Below are positions 39,224-47,491 of a DNA stretch of 64,000 nucleotides, piece after piece. The translations under genes and the position numbers were made by a program. This DNA is from Bacteriovoracia bacterium (GTDB lineage: Bacteria; Bdellovibrionota; UBA1018; JBFWNL01). The DNA lies in assembly GCA_050251055.1 (NCBI GenBank), contig JBFWNL010000002.1, positions 64,001-128,000 of the forward strand. Reading direction: 5' to 3'. Within the stretch, counting starts at the first letter, position 1. Each line of letters begins with the position of its first letter. The notes under the pieces are model-generated. The model was not told the DNA's origin and did not search any database. It was given only the letters and a program-made list of their open reading frames with translations.

Positions 39224-39565
39224 GCTACGAATAATCGCCGATTTGATTTTGTCCGGCACGCGCACGGCTTTGCAATCGGACACCGTGCCCGTATCATTTC
39301 CGCAGCGATGCTTGCCGTCGTTATAAGAATCACAGGTGAAGTATTCTTTTTCAGGATCCGTAGGATCCGGCAGGATTTCTCGTTTGATGGGATATCCGGT
39401 TTCTCGCCCGTCCGTTGTGCAAGTACAGGAACAATACCACCCACCATGCAACGGAACATCGGCGGCGATGATCGCAAAGGTAGAATCCTCTGCGGTCACG
39501 GCACCGGCGTTAAAAACAATTAGAGTAGAAAATAAGAAAAAGAGACTCCGCGAAAAGCGAATCAT
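39206..39565 (-). CDS. Small secreted six-cysteine protein
   Basis: Signal peptide, CSCTC plus three more Cys; lower GC than flanks. Confidence 0.55.
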   Translation of the reverse strand: MIRFSRSLFFLFSTLIVFNAGAVTAEDSTFAIIAADVPLHGGWYCSCTCTTDGRETGYPIKREILPDPTDPEKEYFTCDSYNDGKHRCGNDTGTVSDCKAVRVPDKIKSAIIRSLESAQ

Positions 39566-39730
39566 GTGGCGATACCCCCAAAAAAACCCATTTTCCCCAA
39601 AGCTATCTAGACCAATATAATACAGAGCGTTAAGTATTTGAAATGTGTCTGATTTGATTCACTCAAAAAAACGCCTGGGACCGCGCCAAACGGTTTTCAT
39701 CCCCTCGTTATCCCGGTAAAGACAACTAGA

Positions 39731-41626
39731 ATGCAAAGGATTCAACTCCTCCCCCCCACGGTAGCCGAGCGCATCGCCGCCGGCGAAGTGATCGAAAGAC
39801 CCGCGAGCGTCGTCAAGGAGCTCGTAGAAAATGCCCTCGATGCCGGGGCGACGGAGATCGCCGTCATCCTGAAAGACGGCGGGCGGGAGCTCATCGAGAT
39901 CATCGATAACGGGTCGGGGATGGGCAGGGAAGACCTTGCCATCAGCGTGCTCCGGCACGCCACGAGCAAAATCCGATCGCTCGACGACCTAGAGCAAATC
40001 CGCACGCTCGGTTTCCGAGGCGAGGCATTGCCGAGCGTGGCCGCGGTTTCCCAGATGAAGATCGTTTCCCGCGCAAAGGGCTCGGATACCGCATACGAAC
40101 TCGATGCTTCGGCGCCGACTTCGTCCCAAAATCCCGTCGCGGTCACCTTCGGTCACTTCCTGGGATCCGAGCACGGTAGCGCGATCAAGGTCGAGTCGAT
40201 TTTTTCGCAAATCCCGGCCCGGCTGAAATTCCTCAAGGCGCCCGGCGCCGAAGTCTCCTTCGTGCGCGACTGGCTGGAACGCTTGGCCCTCACGCGCCCA
40301 GACGTGGGCTTTCATTTTTCCCATAACGACAAGAGCCTATTCCGCCTGCGCCCCCAGACCCCCGAAGAACGCATCCAACAAACGCTTTCGGAAGGCGACG
40401 ACTTGCCCGTGGTTTCCGCAGATTCCGCGAGCTTGGGCTCGGCGGTAGACATCCAGATCCGCGTGCGCGCCTACTGGCTGCACGGGTTCAGCGCGCCCCA
40501 CACGCGGCGACTGTACCAAGTCGTGAACGGACGCGTGCTAAAAGACCGCATGCTCCAACACGCGATGCTCACGCCGTTCCGCCAGGCGTTACTCCCCGGG
40601 CAGTTTCCCGCGCTTTATCTCAACATCGAGATCGACCCGAGCGAGCTCGATGTGAACGTGCACCCCACCAAGACGGAAGTGCGCTTTCTCCACAATTCCA
40701 AGGTTTATCACCTCGTCCAATCGACGCTGCAATCGTTGGTCATGAATCATGGGGCGCCCTCGATCGTCGCGGGGCCGCGCGCCTGGGTAAATGCGCCGGC
40801 GCCAAACCCCGCTCTCTCCGGACCTTCACCGCGCGTCCCGACGGGCTTCGCCGGTAAGGCTTCTAACTTTGGTGACGCCGGATATTCCGGGGCGCTTAGC
40901 CCAGTGCTTCGCGCGAGTGAATGGCGGCCCGCCTCGATGGAAAGCGCCCAGGAAACGATTTCATTTACTGCGGAGCCGCCCGCTACCGCCCTCGGCGCGC
41001 CCCCGAATCCGCTGCGAGAATTCTTCCGCCATGCCCACTACCAAGGCGTGATTTTTCGCACTTACCTGCTTTTTGAAAACGAAGCAGAACTGGGAATCAT
41101 TGATCAGCACGCGGCGCACGAGCGGATCCGCTTTGAACGCCTAAAGCGCGGCGCGTTCGGCAATACAGGAGAAGGCGTGGAACGCCAGGCCCTGCTCATG
41201 CCGGAGACCGTGAGTTTACGTACGGAGGACCGGGAAAAGCTGGAAACCCGCCTTCCCTGGCTGGAAAGCCTTGGGTTCGAGGCGGAAATTTTCGGCGAAG
41301 GCGCCGTACTTTTCCGTTCGGTACCCGCCGCTTGGGGCGCCGACGCCCTCAAGGCTCGCTTAAAGGCGCTGGTAGAGCGCGTGCTGGAAACCGAAACCAC
41401 CGAAGCGGGACCGCTGGCACTCGACGAGCGGCTGTTCGAAAAACTGGCGAGCGAAGCCTGTCATTCAGCCATTCGCGCGGGCGACCGGGTAGAGCCCGTG
41501 CAAGCCCGCGCGCTCGTTGACGAACTTTTCGCTTGCGAGCATCCCTGGAATTGCCCGCACGGTCGCCCTACGATCGTGAAAATCTCCGAAGCTCGGATCG
41601 AGGAATGGTTTCACCGCCGCGTCTAG
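39731..41626 (+). CDS. mutL: DNA mismatch repair endonuclease MutL
   Basis: IAAGEVIERP, GFRGEAL, DQHAAHERIRFE, ACH, CPHGRP. Confidence 0.97.
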   Translation: MQRIQLLPPTVAERIAAGEVIERPASVVKELVENALDAGATEIAVILKDGGRELIEIIDNGSGMGREDLAISVLRHATSKIRSLDDLEQIRTLGFRGEALPSVAAVSQMKIVSRAKGSDTAYELDASAPTSSQNPVAVTFGHFLGSEHGSAIKVESIFSQIPARLKFLKAPGAEVSFVRDWLERLALTRPDVGFHFSHNDKSLFRLRPQTPEERIQQTLSEGDDLPVVSADSASLGSAVDIQIRVRAYWLHGFSAPHTRRLYQVVNGRVLKDRMLQHAMLTPFRQALLPGQFPALYLNIEIDPSELDVNVHPTKTEVRFLHNSKVYHLVQSTLQSLVMNHGAPSIVAGPRAWVNAPAPNPALSGPSPRVPTGFAGKASNFGDAGYSGALSPVLRASEWRPASMESAQETISFTAEPPATALGAPPNPLREFFRHAHYQGVIFRTYLLFENEAELGIIDQHAAHERIRFERLKRGAFGNTGEGVERQALLMPETVSLRTEDREKLETRLPWLESLGFEAEIFGEGAVLFRSVPAAWGADALKARLKALVERVLETETTEAGPLALDERLFEKLASEACHSAIRAGDRVEPVQARALVDELFACEHPWNCPHGRPTIVKISEARIEEWFHRRV

Positions 41627-42579
41627 AACAGCGGGAAACGCTAGGGCCCGTCCCGTCCGCTCCCATCGTCATCCTTACCGGCCCCACTGCCGCGGGCAAG
41701 TCTCAGCTGGCGGCCGACTTGGCCGCCGAACACGGCCAAATCGAGATCGTGAATGCGGACAGCATCTTGGTCTACCGCGGCTTCAACATCGGGTCGGCTA
41801 AACCGGACGCGACCGAGCGCCGAGGGGTCCCTCACCATCTCATCGACGTGCGTGATCCGAGCGAAGCGTTCACGGCCGGAGATTTCGTTCGCGACTGCGA
41901 GCGTCTGTTGAGCGAGATCGCGACGCGTGGGAAACGAGTTCTCATCGTAGGCGGCACGGGATTTTACCTGAAGGCGCTGTTATTCGGCCTCTGGGAAGTG
42001 GCGAAGGCCGATCCGGAGCTCCGCAAACGCGTGGAAGCGCGCACCACCCGCGAGCTATACGATCAGCTTTACGCCGTCGACCAGGAGGCGGCGCTCCGCA
42101 TCTCCCTCGGCGACCGCTATCGGTTGGTACGGGCGGTGGAGATTTGGGAGTCTACGGGCAAGACGCCCTCCTCGCTCGAAGCCGAAGCGGAGCGACGAGG
42201 TCCCGACCCACGTTACCAAATCTGGCTGGTCGACCGGCCAGCGGCCGAGCTCAAAAACCGCATTCGGACGCGCACTCGCCAGATGCTTCAAAACGGATTT
42301 ATCGAAGAAGTTCGCTCCCTCAGCCAAAACTTTCCCGGCGCGCGCTCGTTGGGAGCAGTCGGCTACGCGCAGGTACTCGAGCACCTCGCCGGTCGAACGC
42401 CCGCCGGGCGGAAGGTCCAGCCGGGCCTACCAGGACTGGAGGACGAAATCGTGCTCGCCACCCAGCAGCTCATCAAGCGCCAGCGTACCTGGTTCCGCTC
42501 CCAGACCCAGGCACGTCGATACGAACTACCGGCCGACGAAGCCCGCTTGCGCGAAGACTTCTGGAAGGTCTACAAATGA
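41605..42579 (+). CDS. miaA: tRNA dimethylallyltransferase
   Basis: GPTAAGKS, NADS, IGSAKP, VGGTGFY, KRQRTWF; follows mutL. Confidence 0.95.
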   Translation: MVSPPRLEQRETLGPVPSAPIVILTGPTAAGKSQLAADLAAEHGQIEIVNADSILVYRGFNIGSAKPDATERRGVPHHLIDVRDPSEAFTAGDFVRDCERLLSEIATRGKRVLIVGGTGFYLKALLFGLWEVAKADPELRKRVEARTTRELYDQLYAVDQEAALRISLGDRYRLVRAVEIWESTGKTPSSLEAEAERRGPDPRYQIWLVDRPAAELKNRIRTRTRQMLQNGFIEEVRSLSQNFPGARSLGAVGYAQVLEHLAGRTPAGRKVQPGLPGLEDEIVLATQQLIKRQRTWFRSQTQARRYELPADEARLREDFWKVYK

Positions 42580-43505
42580 AAAAAACGGTCCGCCGTTATC
42601 GTGTCGCCCTTACCTATCCCCTCCCCCGAAGGGTGATCGACGATGTGGTTAAGCCGTGGGCGGACGTGACGCTCGTCCGTACCCGCGCGGAACTGATACG
42701 AGCGCTCCCTCGGATGGACGGCGTGCTCACATTGTTGACCGATCGCGTGGATGAACCTCTTCTCCAACGTGCGGCCCGCCTGCGGGCCGTGGGTAACGTC
42801 GCCGTCGGCTACGACAATATCGATCTCAACGCGTGCCAAAGGCGCGGGATAGCGGTGCTGAATACCCCGGATGTCCTTACCCGCGCCACCGCCGAACTCA
42901 CGCTTGCCCTGCTATTCGCGACGGCGCGGAGGATATCCGAAGGAAATGCCCTCTGCCGATCCGGCCGCTGGCGCGGCTGGGATCCCGGCCAGCTTATTGG
43001 CCAACAGCTACAAGGGCGCCGGGCGGTGATCTTGGGACGCGGACGCATCGGTCGTGAGACCGCCAAACTTCTCCGCGCGCTGGGCATTCGCGCGGAGTTC
43101 ATCACGCGCACCGATCGTCCCTCCGCGATCGCGAACAAGCTGAACCGCGCCCAGATCCTTTCCATCCACGCGCCGCTCACTCCCAAAACCCGCCATTGGC
43201 TCAACGCCTATCGACTTGGCCTACTTCCGCCGGACGCCATCGTGCTAAATACTTCGCGAGGGCCCCTCATTGACGAAGCCGCGCTCGCGGCGGCGCTCGC
43301 GCGAAAACAGATTTTCGCGGCGGGACTCGATGTCTATGAGCATGAGCCGAGAATCAATCCTCGGCTCCGAAAGCTACCGAATGTTGTGTTGCTACCGCAT
43401 ATAGGAAGCGCCACCGCGCAGACGCGCGAGGCGATGGCCAGGCTAGCCGCCCAAGGAGTAATCAACGTGCTGCGCGGAAAACGCGCGAAGAACCGAGTCG
43501 TTTAG
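42576..43505 (+). CDS. D-2-hydroxyacid dehydrogenase (glyoxylate reductase/D-glycerate dehydrogenase)
   Basis: AVGYDNID, NTPDVLT, GRGRIG, NTSRG, GLDVYEHEP, PHIGSAT. Confidence 0.92.
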   Translation: MKKTVRRYRVALTYPLPRRVIDDVVKPWADVTLVRTRAELIRALPRMDGVLTLLTDRVDEPLLQRAARLRAVGNVAVGYDNIDLNACQRRGIAVLNTPDVLTRATAELTLALLFATARRISEGNALCRSGRWRGWDPGQLIGQQLQGRRAVILGRGRIGRETAKLLRALGIRAEFITRTDRPSAIANKLNRAQILSIHAPLTPKTRHWLNAYRLGLLPPDAIVLNTSRGPLIDEAALAAALARKQIFAAGLDVYEHEPRINPRLRKLPNVVLLPHIGSATAQTREAMARLAAQGVINVLRGKRAKNRVV

Positions 43506-43723
43506 AGCTCGTCTTCTTCTAAGCATTCACACCCGACGGGAAGCCACGCCTCCATCTCACATCGGTCGTCTTCAAGCGTATAACGTGCCCAGGGCGTATG
43601 GAGAACATGCCGACACAGAAGCACGCATTCGCCTGGACTGCGCTCACAATAAAAGTGACCTGCCAGGGCCGGAAACGCGCTGAAACCCACGATCAGGGCC
43701 ACTAAACTAAGAAATTTCTTCAT
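43502..43723 (-). CDS. Small secreted six-cysteine peptide
   Basis: GGAGG RBS, MKKFL...ALA signal peptide, 52-aa mature part with 6 Cys. Confidence 0.6.
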   Translation of the reverse strand: MKKFLSLVALIVGFSAFPALAGHFYCERSPGECVLLCRHVLHTPWARYTLEDDRCEMEAWLPVGCECLEEDEL

Positions 43724-43917
43724 GCTATCCCTCCGCACTATTTACAAACCGGCTAACCCAACCAGTTCAATCACCTTTAGACCCCTCTAAAGGATTAATT
43801 TTATAGACATTTTCGATACCAACCGGAAGTGTCCGAAAGGTTATCCAAAGACGCCTTCAATCGGTGAGAGATTAGCAAATTCCGTGCTGCATCGCAGCGG
43901 CAATGCCCGCACTTGCC

Positions 43918-45027
43918 TTAAATAGCCATCTGGGCGGTCAAAATAATGAGGCGGCCAGGTTCCGCCAGGGCCGTCGTCGCCATCCGCGGCGTGCCGCTCG
44001 AGGTCGTCATATCGTAGAGGTGGGCGTACGCCAGCTGCAGCTTCACATTGTGTTTGCTCAAGAAGCAATTCACCCCGAACCATAGCGCGGTTCCGGAAAG
44101 CCCGCCGTCGGCGTTCGGCGTATAGCGCTCATAGCGAAACACCGGTTGCATGAGACCCGACACCGTGTATCCAGCCTCGCCGGCGTACCCGTAGGAAGAT
44201 ACCTTCACGTCATTGGTCGTGTCGTCAGCCGCGGAAAACTCGAAACGGATCATCTCGGCATCTCCATTCCAGCGAACGTTGGCCCCATACCGCGCGTCTT
44301 GGCCGAAACGAAAATCCTTCGCCGCCAGAAAACCGCCCACATTCAACTTATCTAAGAAGGTGACGTCGGCGCGAAAGCTCACATCCTTCGCCGTATTGGT
44401 GTCTTCGGTATTGGGACGGCCACCGTTGGAGAGCATCCAGCCAAACCGCCACGGCTTAGGCTTATAAAAAACCTGCAATCCCATTTGTCGTTGGTCTCCC
44501 AACGTGCGCGAAATCAGCGATCGTTCGGGCAGCGTCAGTTCGGAAGAGGAATCGAGGGATTCTTGCACCGTCAGGATCTTCATCTGGCCGATTACGAGCT
44601 CGACTTCGTCGGACAGAAGAAAGCCCAAGTTTAGATCCTGCAAGACTTTGTTGTCGTTCGTCGACGAAACGGGCCCCGACGACAAGGACTTCGCCGGGTC
44701 GATCATTACCGTCCACCGCGTGCTCTCGGTGATCGCACCGCTCAGTTTGAGTTCCGCGCGGCGTATCCGAAAGTTATTGCTAACGGCCGGTGTCGTGGAG
44801 TCACTATAAAACCAGCTCTGTAACAGTCCATTGAACTTCATCTTTCCCTTCCCCACCTCGACAAATGCGGGGGAAGCGGGAGCGGCCGCCGAAACGGATG
44901 TCGCCGTAGGCGAAGGGGTAGCCGCAGGAGCCGGTTCTGCCGCCCGGGCCGCCCCGGAGTAAACCAGCAAGGCCATACTCATTTTGATGAGGGTAAACGT
45001 CTTGAAGGAAGTGAGCGTCCGTTTCAT
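43918..45027 (-). CDS. OprO/OprP-like (phosphate-selective) porin
   Basis: Signal peptide; FRIRRAELKLSG, GQMK, LPERS motifs; beta-barrel pattern. Confidence 0.75.
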   Translation of the reverse strand: MKRTLTSFKTFTLIKMSMALLVYSGAARAAEPAPAATPSPTATSVSAAAPASPAFVEVGKGKMKFNGLLQSWFYSDSTTPAVSNNFRIRRAELKLSGAITESTRWTVMIDPAKSLSSGPVSSTNDNKVLQDLNLGFLLSDEVELVIGQMKILTVQESLDSSSELTLPERSLISRTLGDQRQMGLQVFYKPKPWRFGWMLSNGGRPNTEDTNTAKDVSFRADVTFLDKLNVGGFLAAKDFRFGQDARYGANVRWNGDAEMIRFEFSAADDTTNDVKVSSYGYAGEAGYTVSGLMQPVFRYERYTPNADGGLSGTALWFGVNCFLSKHNVKLQLAYAHLYDMTTSSGTPRMATTALAEPGRLIILTAQMAI

Positions 45028-45039
45028 GCGTCAGGTCTC

Positions 45040-46272
45040 CTAGAGGTAATAGTGCAAAGTGAACCATAGGACGTTGGCGAAGTCAGCCGAAACGGCATGA
45101 CTTCTTTCGCGACGACCGATAGCCGAAAATTCCCAGTGGGGCCGCGGAAAGTATTGCAGACCCAACCCGTAGTTGTCGCGAGAATAGCTGCGGGGCGAGC
45201 CCGCCACCCTCGCGTACTCTTGGGTGACGAATGCTTGTACGCCGCGCGAAAACTCCCACCCGGTCTTCGTCATTTGCGTACCACCGCTGCCTAACGCATC
45301 CGCATACGTCGCATTCAACTCAAATAGCGTGTAAACCGTGCGGCTCCAGCTAAAAATCGCGTAAGGTCCGACGAGCCAGCGCCGCGTGTTGCTCGCGGCA
45401 TTAGTCGCCTTCCCAGTATAGATGTTCCCCCCAAGCTTGACTCGGTCACTCACCGCATGACCGGCTTGCAAGGAAAATCCTTGCTCCACGCCTAACTGCG
45501 GATTGTCCGGCCGCCCCATCACCACGGTCGCGTGCACTTGGGTGTCGGTCGTAAAATAAGTGAACTCAACGTTATAGGTTTCTTGTTCCTCAGCGAAGCC
45601 CATCAAACCACGCGTGAGCATCGTCGGTTCGTCGATCTGCAATCCGTAAGCATAATAGAATCGGCCGACCCGCAGCTGGTATCGATCGAGTTCTCCCTGG
45701 CCGCCCTCGGGCCCCATCTTCACCGAAAGCCAGTGACGACGGCTGATCAAATAGCTCAAAGGACTATCTGCGGCGGCGTTGCCGTTGGGCTCGGAGCGGC
45801 CCAAGGTGCCCACCAAGGTAAAGCGCTTCCCATCCGTAATGGCGGCCTCCAGATCCAATCGCATCACCAGGAAACGTCCCGTCACCGCGGAAGGCGTGTC
45901 TTCGATCAACTGCCGGAAGCGCAGATTTCCTCCCAGTTGCAGCCAAGCGGGGGTCGAAACTGCTCCGTAAAGAAAACTTTCCTCGCGGGACTCCTCCGAA
46001 GCGACAAGGGGGGCCGGAGAACCTCCCGTATCAAGGGTCTCGGGCCCTTTTTCGAAGAAGAAACGTCCGTGAGAGATGATCTCCTTAGAGAGCACACGGC
46101 CATGCTCGGACAAAAGGCCGCCTCCCGTGACGCTGACGTGGCAGCTCGAACAGTTTCCGTACCCGTACCGGGTCATTTCCGGATAGGCTCTCGCCTCGCG
46201 AGACACGCCTAAAAGGGCGAGCCCCACCGCGGCACCCACAAACCAGCGTAGGGAAAAGCGCGTCGATCCCAC
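45040..46272 (-). CDS. Monoheme cytochrome c-beta-barrel fusion (Cyc2-like architecture)
   Basis: Signal peptide then YPEMTRYGYGNCSSCH...LSEHGR; barrel motifs RVGRFYYAYG, GLQYFPRPHWEF, LHYYL. GTG start at 46272 overlaps the upstream TAG (ORF track start 46296). Confidence 0.7.
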   Translation of the reverse strand: MGSTRFSLRWFVGAAVGLALLGVSREARAYPEMTRYGYGNCSSCHVSVTGGGLLSEHGRVLSKEIISHGRFFFEKGPETLDTGGSPAPLVASEESREESFLYGAVSTPAWLQLGGNLRFRQLIEDTPSAVTGRFLVMRLDLEAAITDGKRFTLVGTLGRSEPNGNAAADSPLSYLISRRHWLSVKMGPEGGQGELDRYQLRVGRFYYAYGLQIDEPTMLTRGLMGFAEEQETYNVEFTYFTTDTQVHATVVMGRPDNPQLGVEQGFSLQAGHAVSDRVKLGGNIYTGKATNAASNTRRWLVGPYAIFSWSRTVYTLFELNATYADALGSGGTQMTKTGWEFSRGVQAFVTQEYARVAGSPRSYSRDNYGLGLQYFPRPHWEFSAIGRRERSHAVSADFANVLWFTLHYYL

Positions 46273-46913
46273 TATTTCATCCCTTGGAGAATCCACTCCG
46301 AGAGCGCACGGCGTTCGTCATCCAATAGCCGCGGCAGCGGTAACGCCGGCATGTCCGCGCGGACCACGGTACGGTCGAAAATCAGCGCGGCCTTCGCGCG
46401 AACTTCATCGACGTTACCGAGATCCAATTTCGCCTCTGGATTGGGTTGAGAATGACATTCAAGACAACGCCTTTCGATGATCTGGGTACGCACCAGCTCC
46501 CAGGTATAAGGCCCCGTCTTCAAGACCGGGTCAAGCGGCGTGGTCGTACCCGCCGAGGCCTCGCGGGGAGCGCCTTGGGCGATCCACGCCACCAGCACTT
46601 GGGCTTCCTCCGTCGAAAGCGGTCCCAGGGGTGAGGGCCCGGCAGGCGGCATCGTCCTTTGCTCCAATGCCCGGGTCTCGATGCGGCCCAGGTTTTTTAA
46701 CACGGAGGGGTAGGTTTCTAGGTTCAACGAGCCTTGATCGCCACCGGCTCCACTATGACAGCTCAGGCATTTCGGAACCAGGACTCGCTCCCACACCTGG
46801 TTAAATCCCACGGGCGTGGTCTGCGCCGCTCCTCCGGAAACCCTCGGTGTCTTGTCATAGTGAAATCCACATCCACAAAACAAAGCCACGGCTATCAAAA
46901 TAAAATTTTTCAT
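46272..46913 (-). CDS. Diheme c-type cytochrome lipoprotein
   Basis: Lipobox FCGC; CLSCH and CLECH, each followed by an MP distal-ligand motif and W-I-x-QG. Confidence 0.8.
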   Translation of the reverse strand: MKNFILIAVALFCGCGFHYDKTPRVSGGAAQTTPVGFNQVWERVLVPKCLSCHSGAGGDQGSLNLETYPSVLKNLGRIETRALEQRTMPPAGPSPLGPLSTEEAQVLVAWIAQGAPREASAGTTTPLDPVLKTGPYTWELVRTQIIERRCLECHSQPNPEAKLDLGNVDEVRAKAALIFDRTVVRADMPALPLPRLLDDERRALSEWILQGMK

Positions 46914-47491
46914 GGCTTTAACACCGTTTCCACTTCGACATCAACTTGCTTGGCCACCGTAATCCCGGCAAAGCTCGGCACGCCGATTTCGAAATCATCT
47001 AATTGAACCGAAAACCTCGCCTGCACTCGCCAGGAAGGCGCGGTAGCGCTCACCTTCAGTTTTCCACTCACCGGCTTAGTCACTCCATGCAGCTGCATGA
47101 ATCCCTTGAAATCGCCTTCGGTGCCTAGCTTCAGCTCGCTCTTCATGATCCAAACTTCCGCGGTGGGATACTTCGCTAAAAGCAGGTACTTCTCTTGTAA
47201 ATGCCGATTGCGTAACGCCAGCCCCGTATCGAGACTCGCCAGCATGAACTTAAAGCCGCCTTGCACGGTCAGCTGATCGCTCCCCTGAGGGCCAGACGGC
47301 TCAATGCCTAGCTGACCTTCGGGGCCCTTGCCGCGGCCAACGATCTTCATGGCGCTCGGATTACCAATCGCGAGAAATCGCACTTCTCCTTGTTCTGAAT
47401 TCGCTACGAATTGGGGGACGGCCGAGTAACCCGCCGGTCCGAAGCACGCAGCGAAGAGCGTCCCCACTAACCAAGAAAAACCAATTCTCAT
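46910..47491 (-). CDS. YceI-family protein
   Basis: LDTGLALRNRHL, KYPTA, LHGVTKPV; signal peptide. Confidence 0.88.
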   Translation of the reverse strand: MRIGFSWLVGTLFAACFGPAGYSAVPQFVANSEQGEVRFLAIGNPSAMKIVGRGKGPEGQLGIEPSGPQGSDQLTVQGGFKFMLASLDTGLALRNRHLQEKYLLLAKYPTAEVWIMKSELKLGTEGDFKGFMQLHGVTKPVSGKLKVSATAPSWRVQARFSVQLDDFEIGVPSFAGITVAKQVDVEVETVLKP

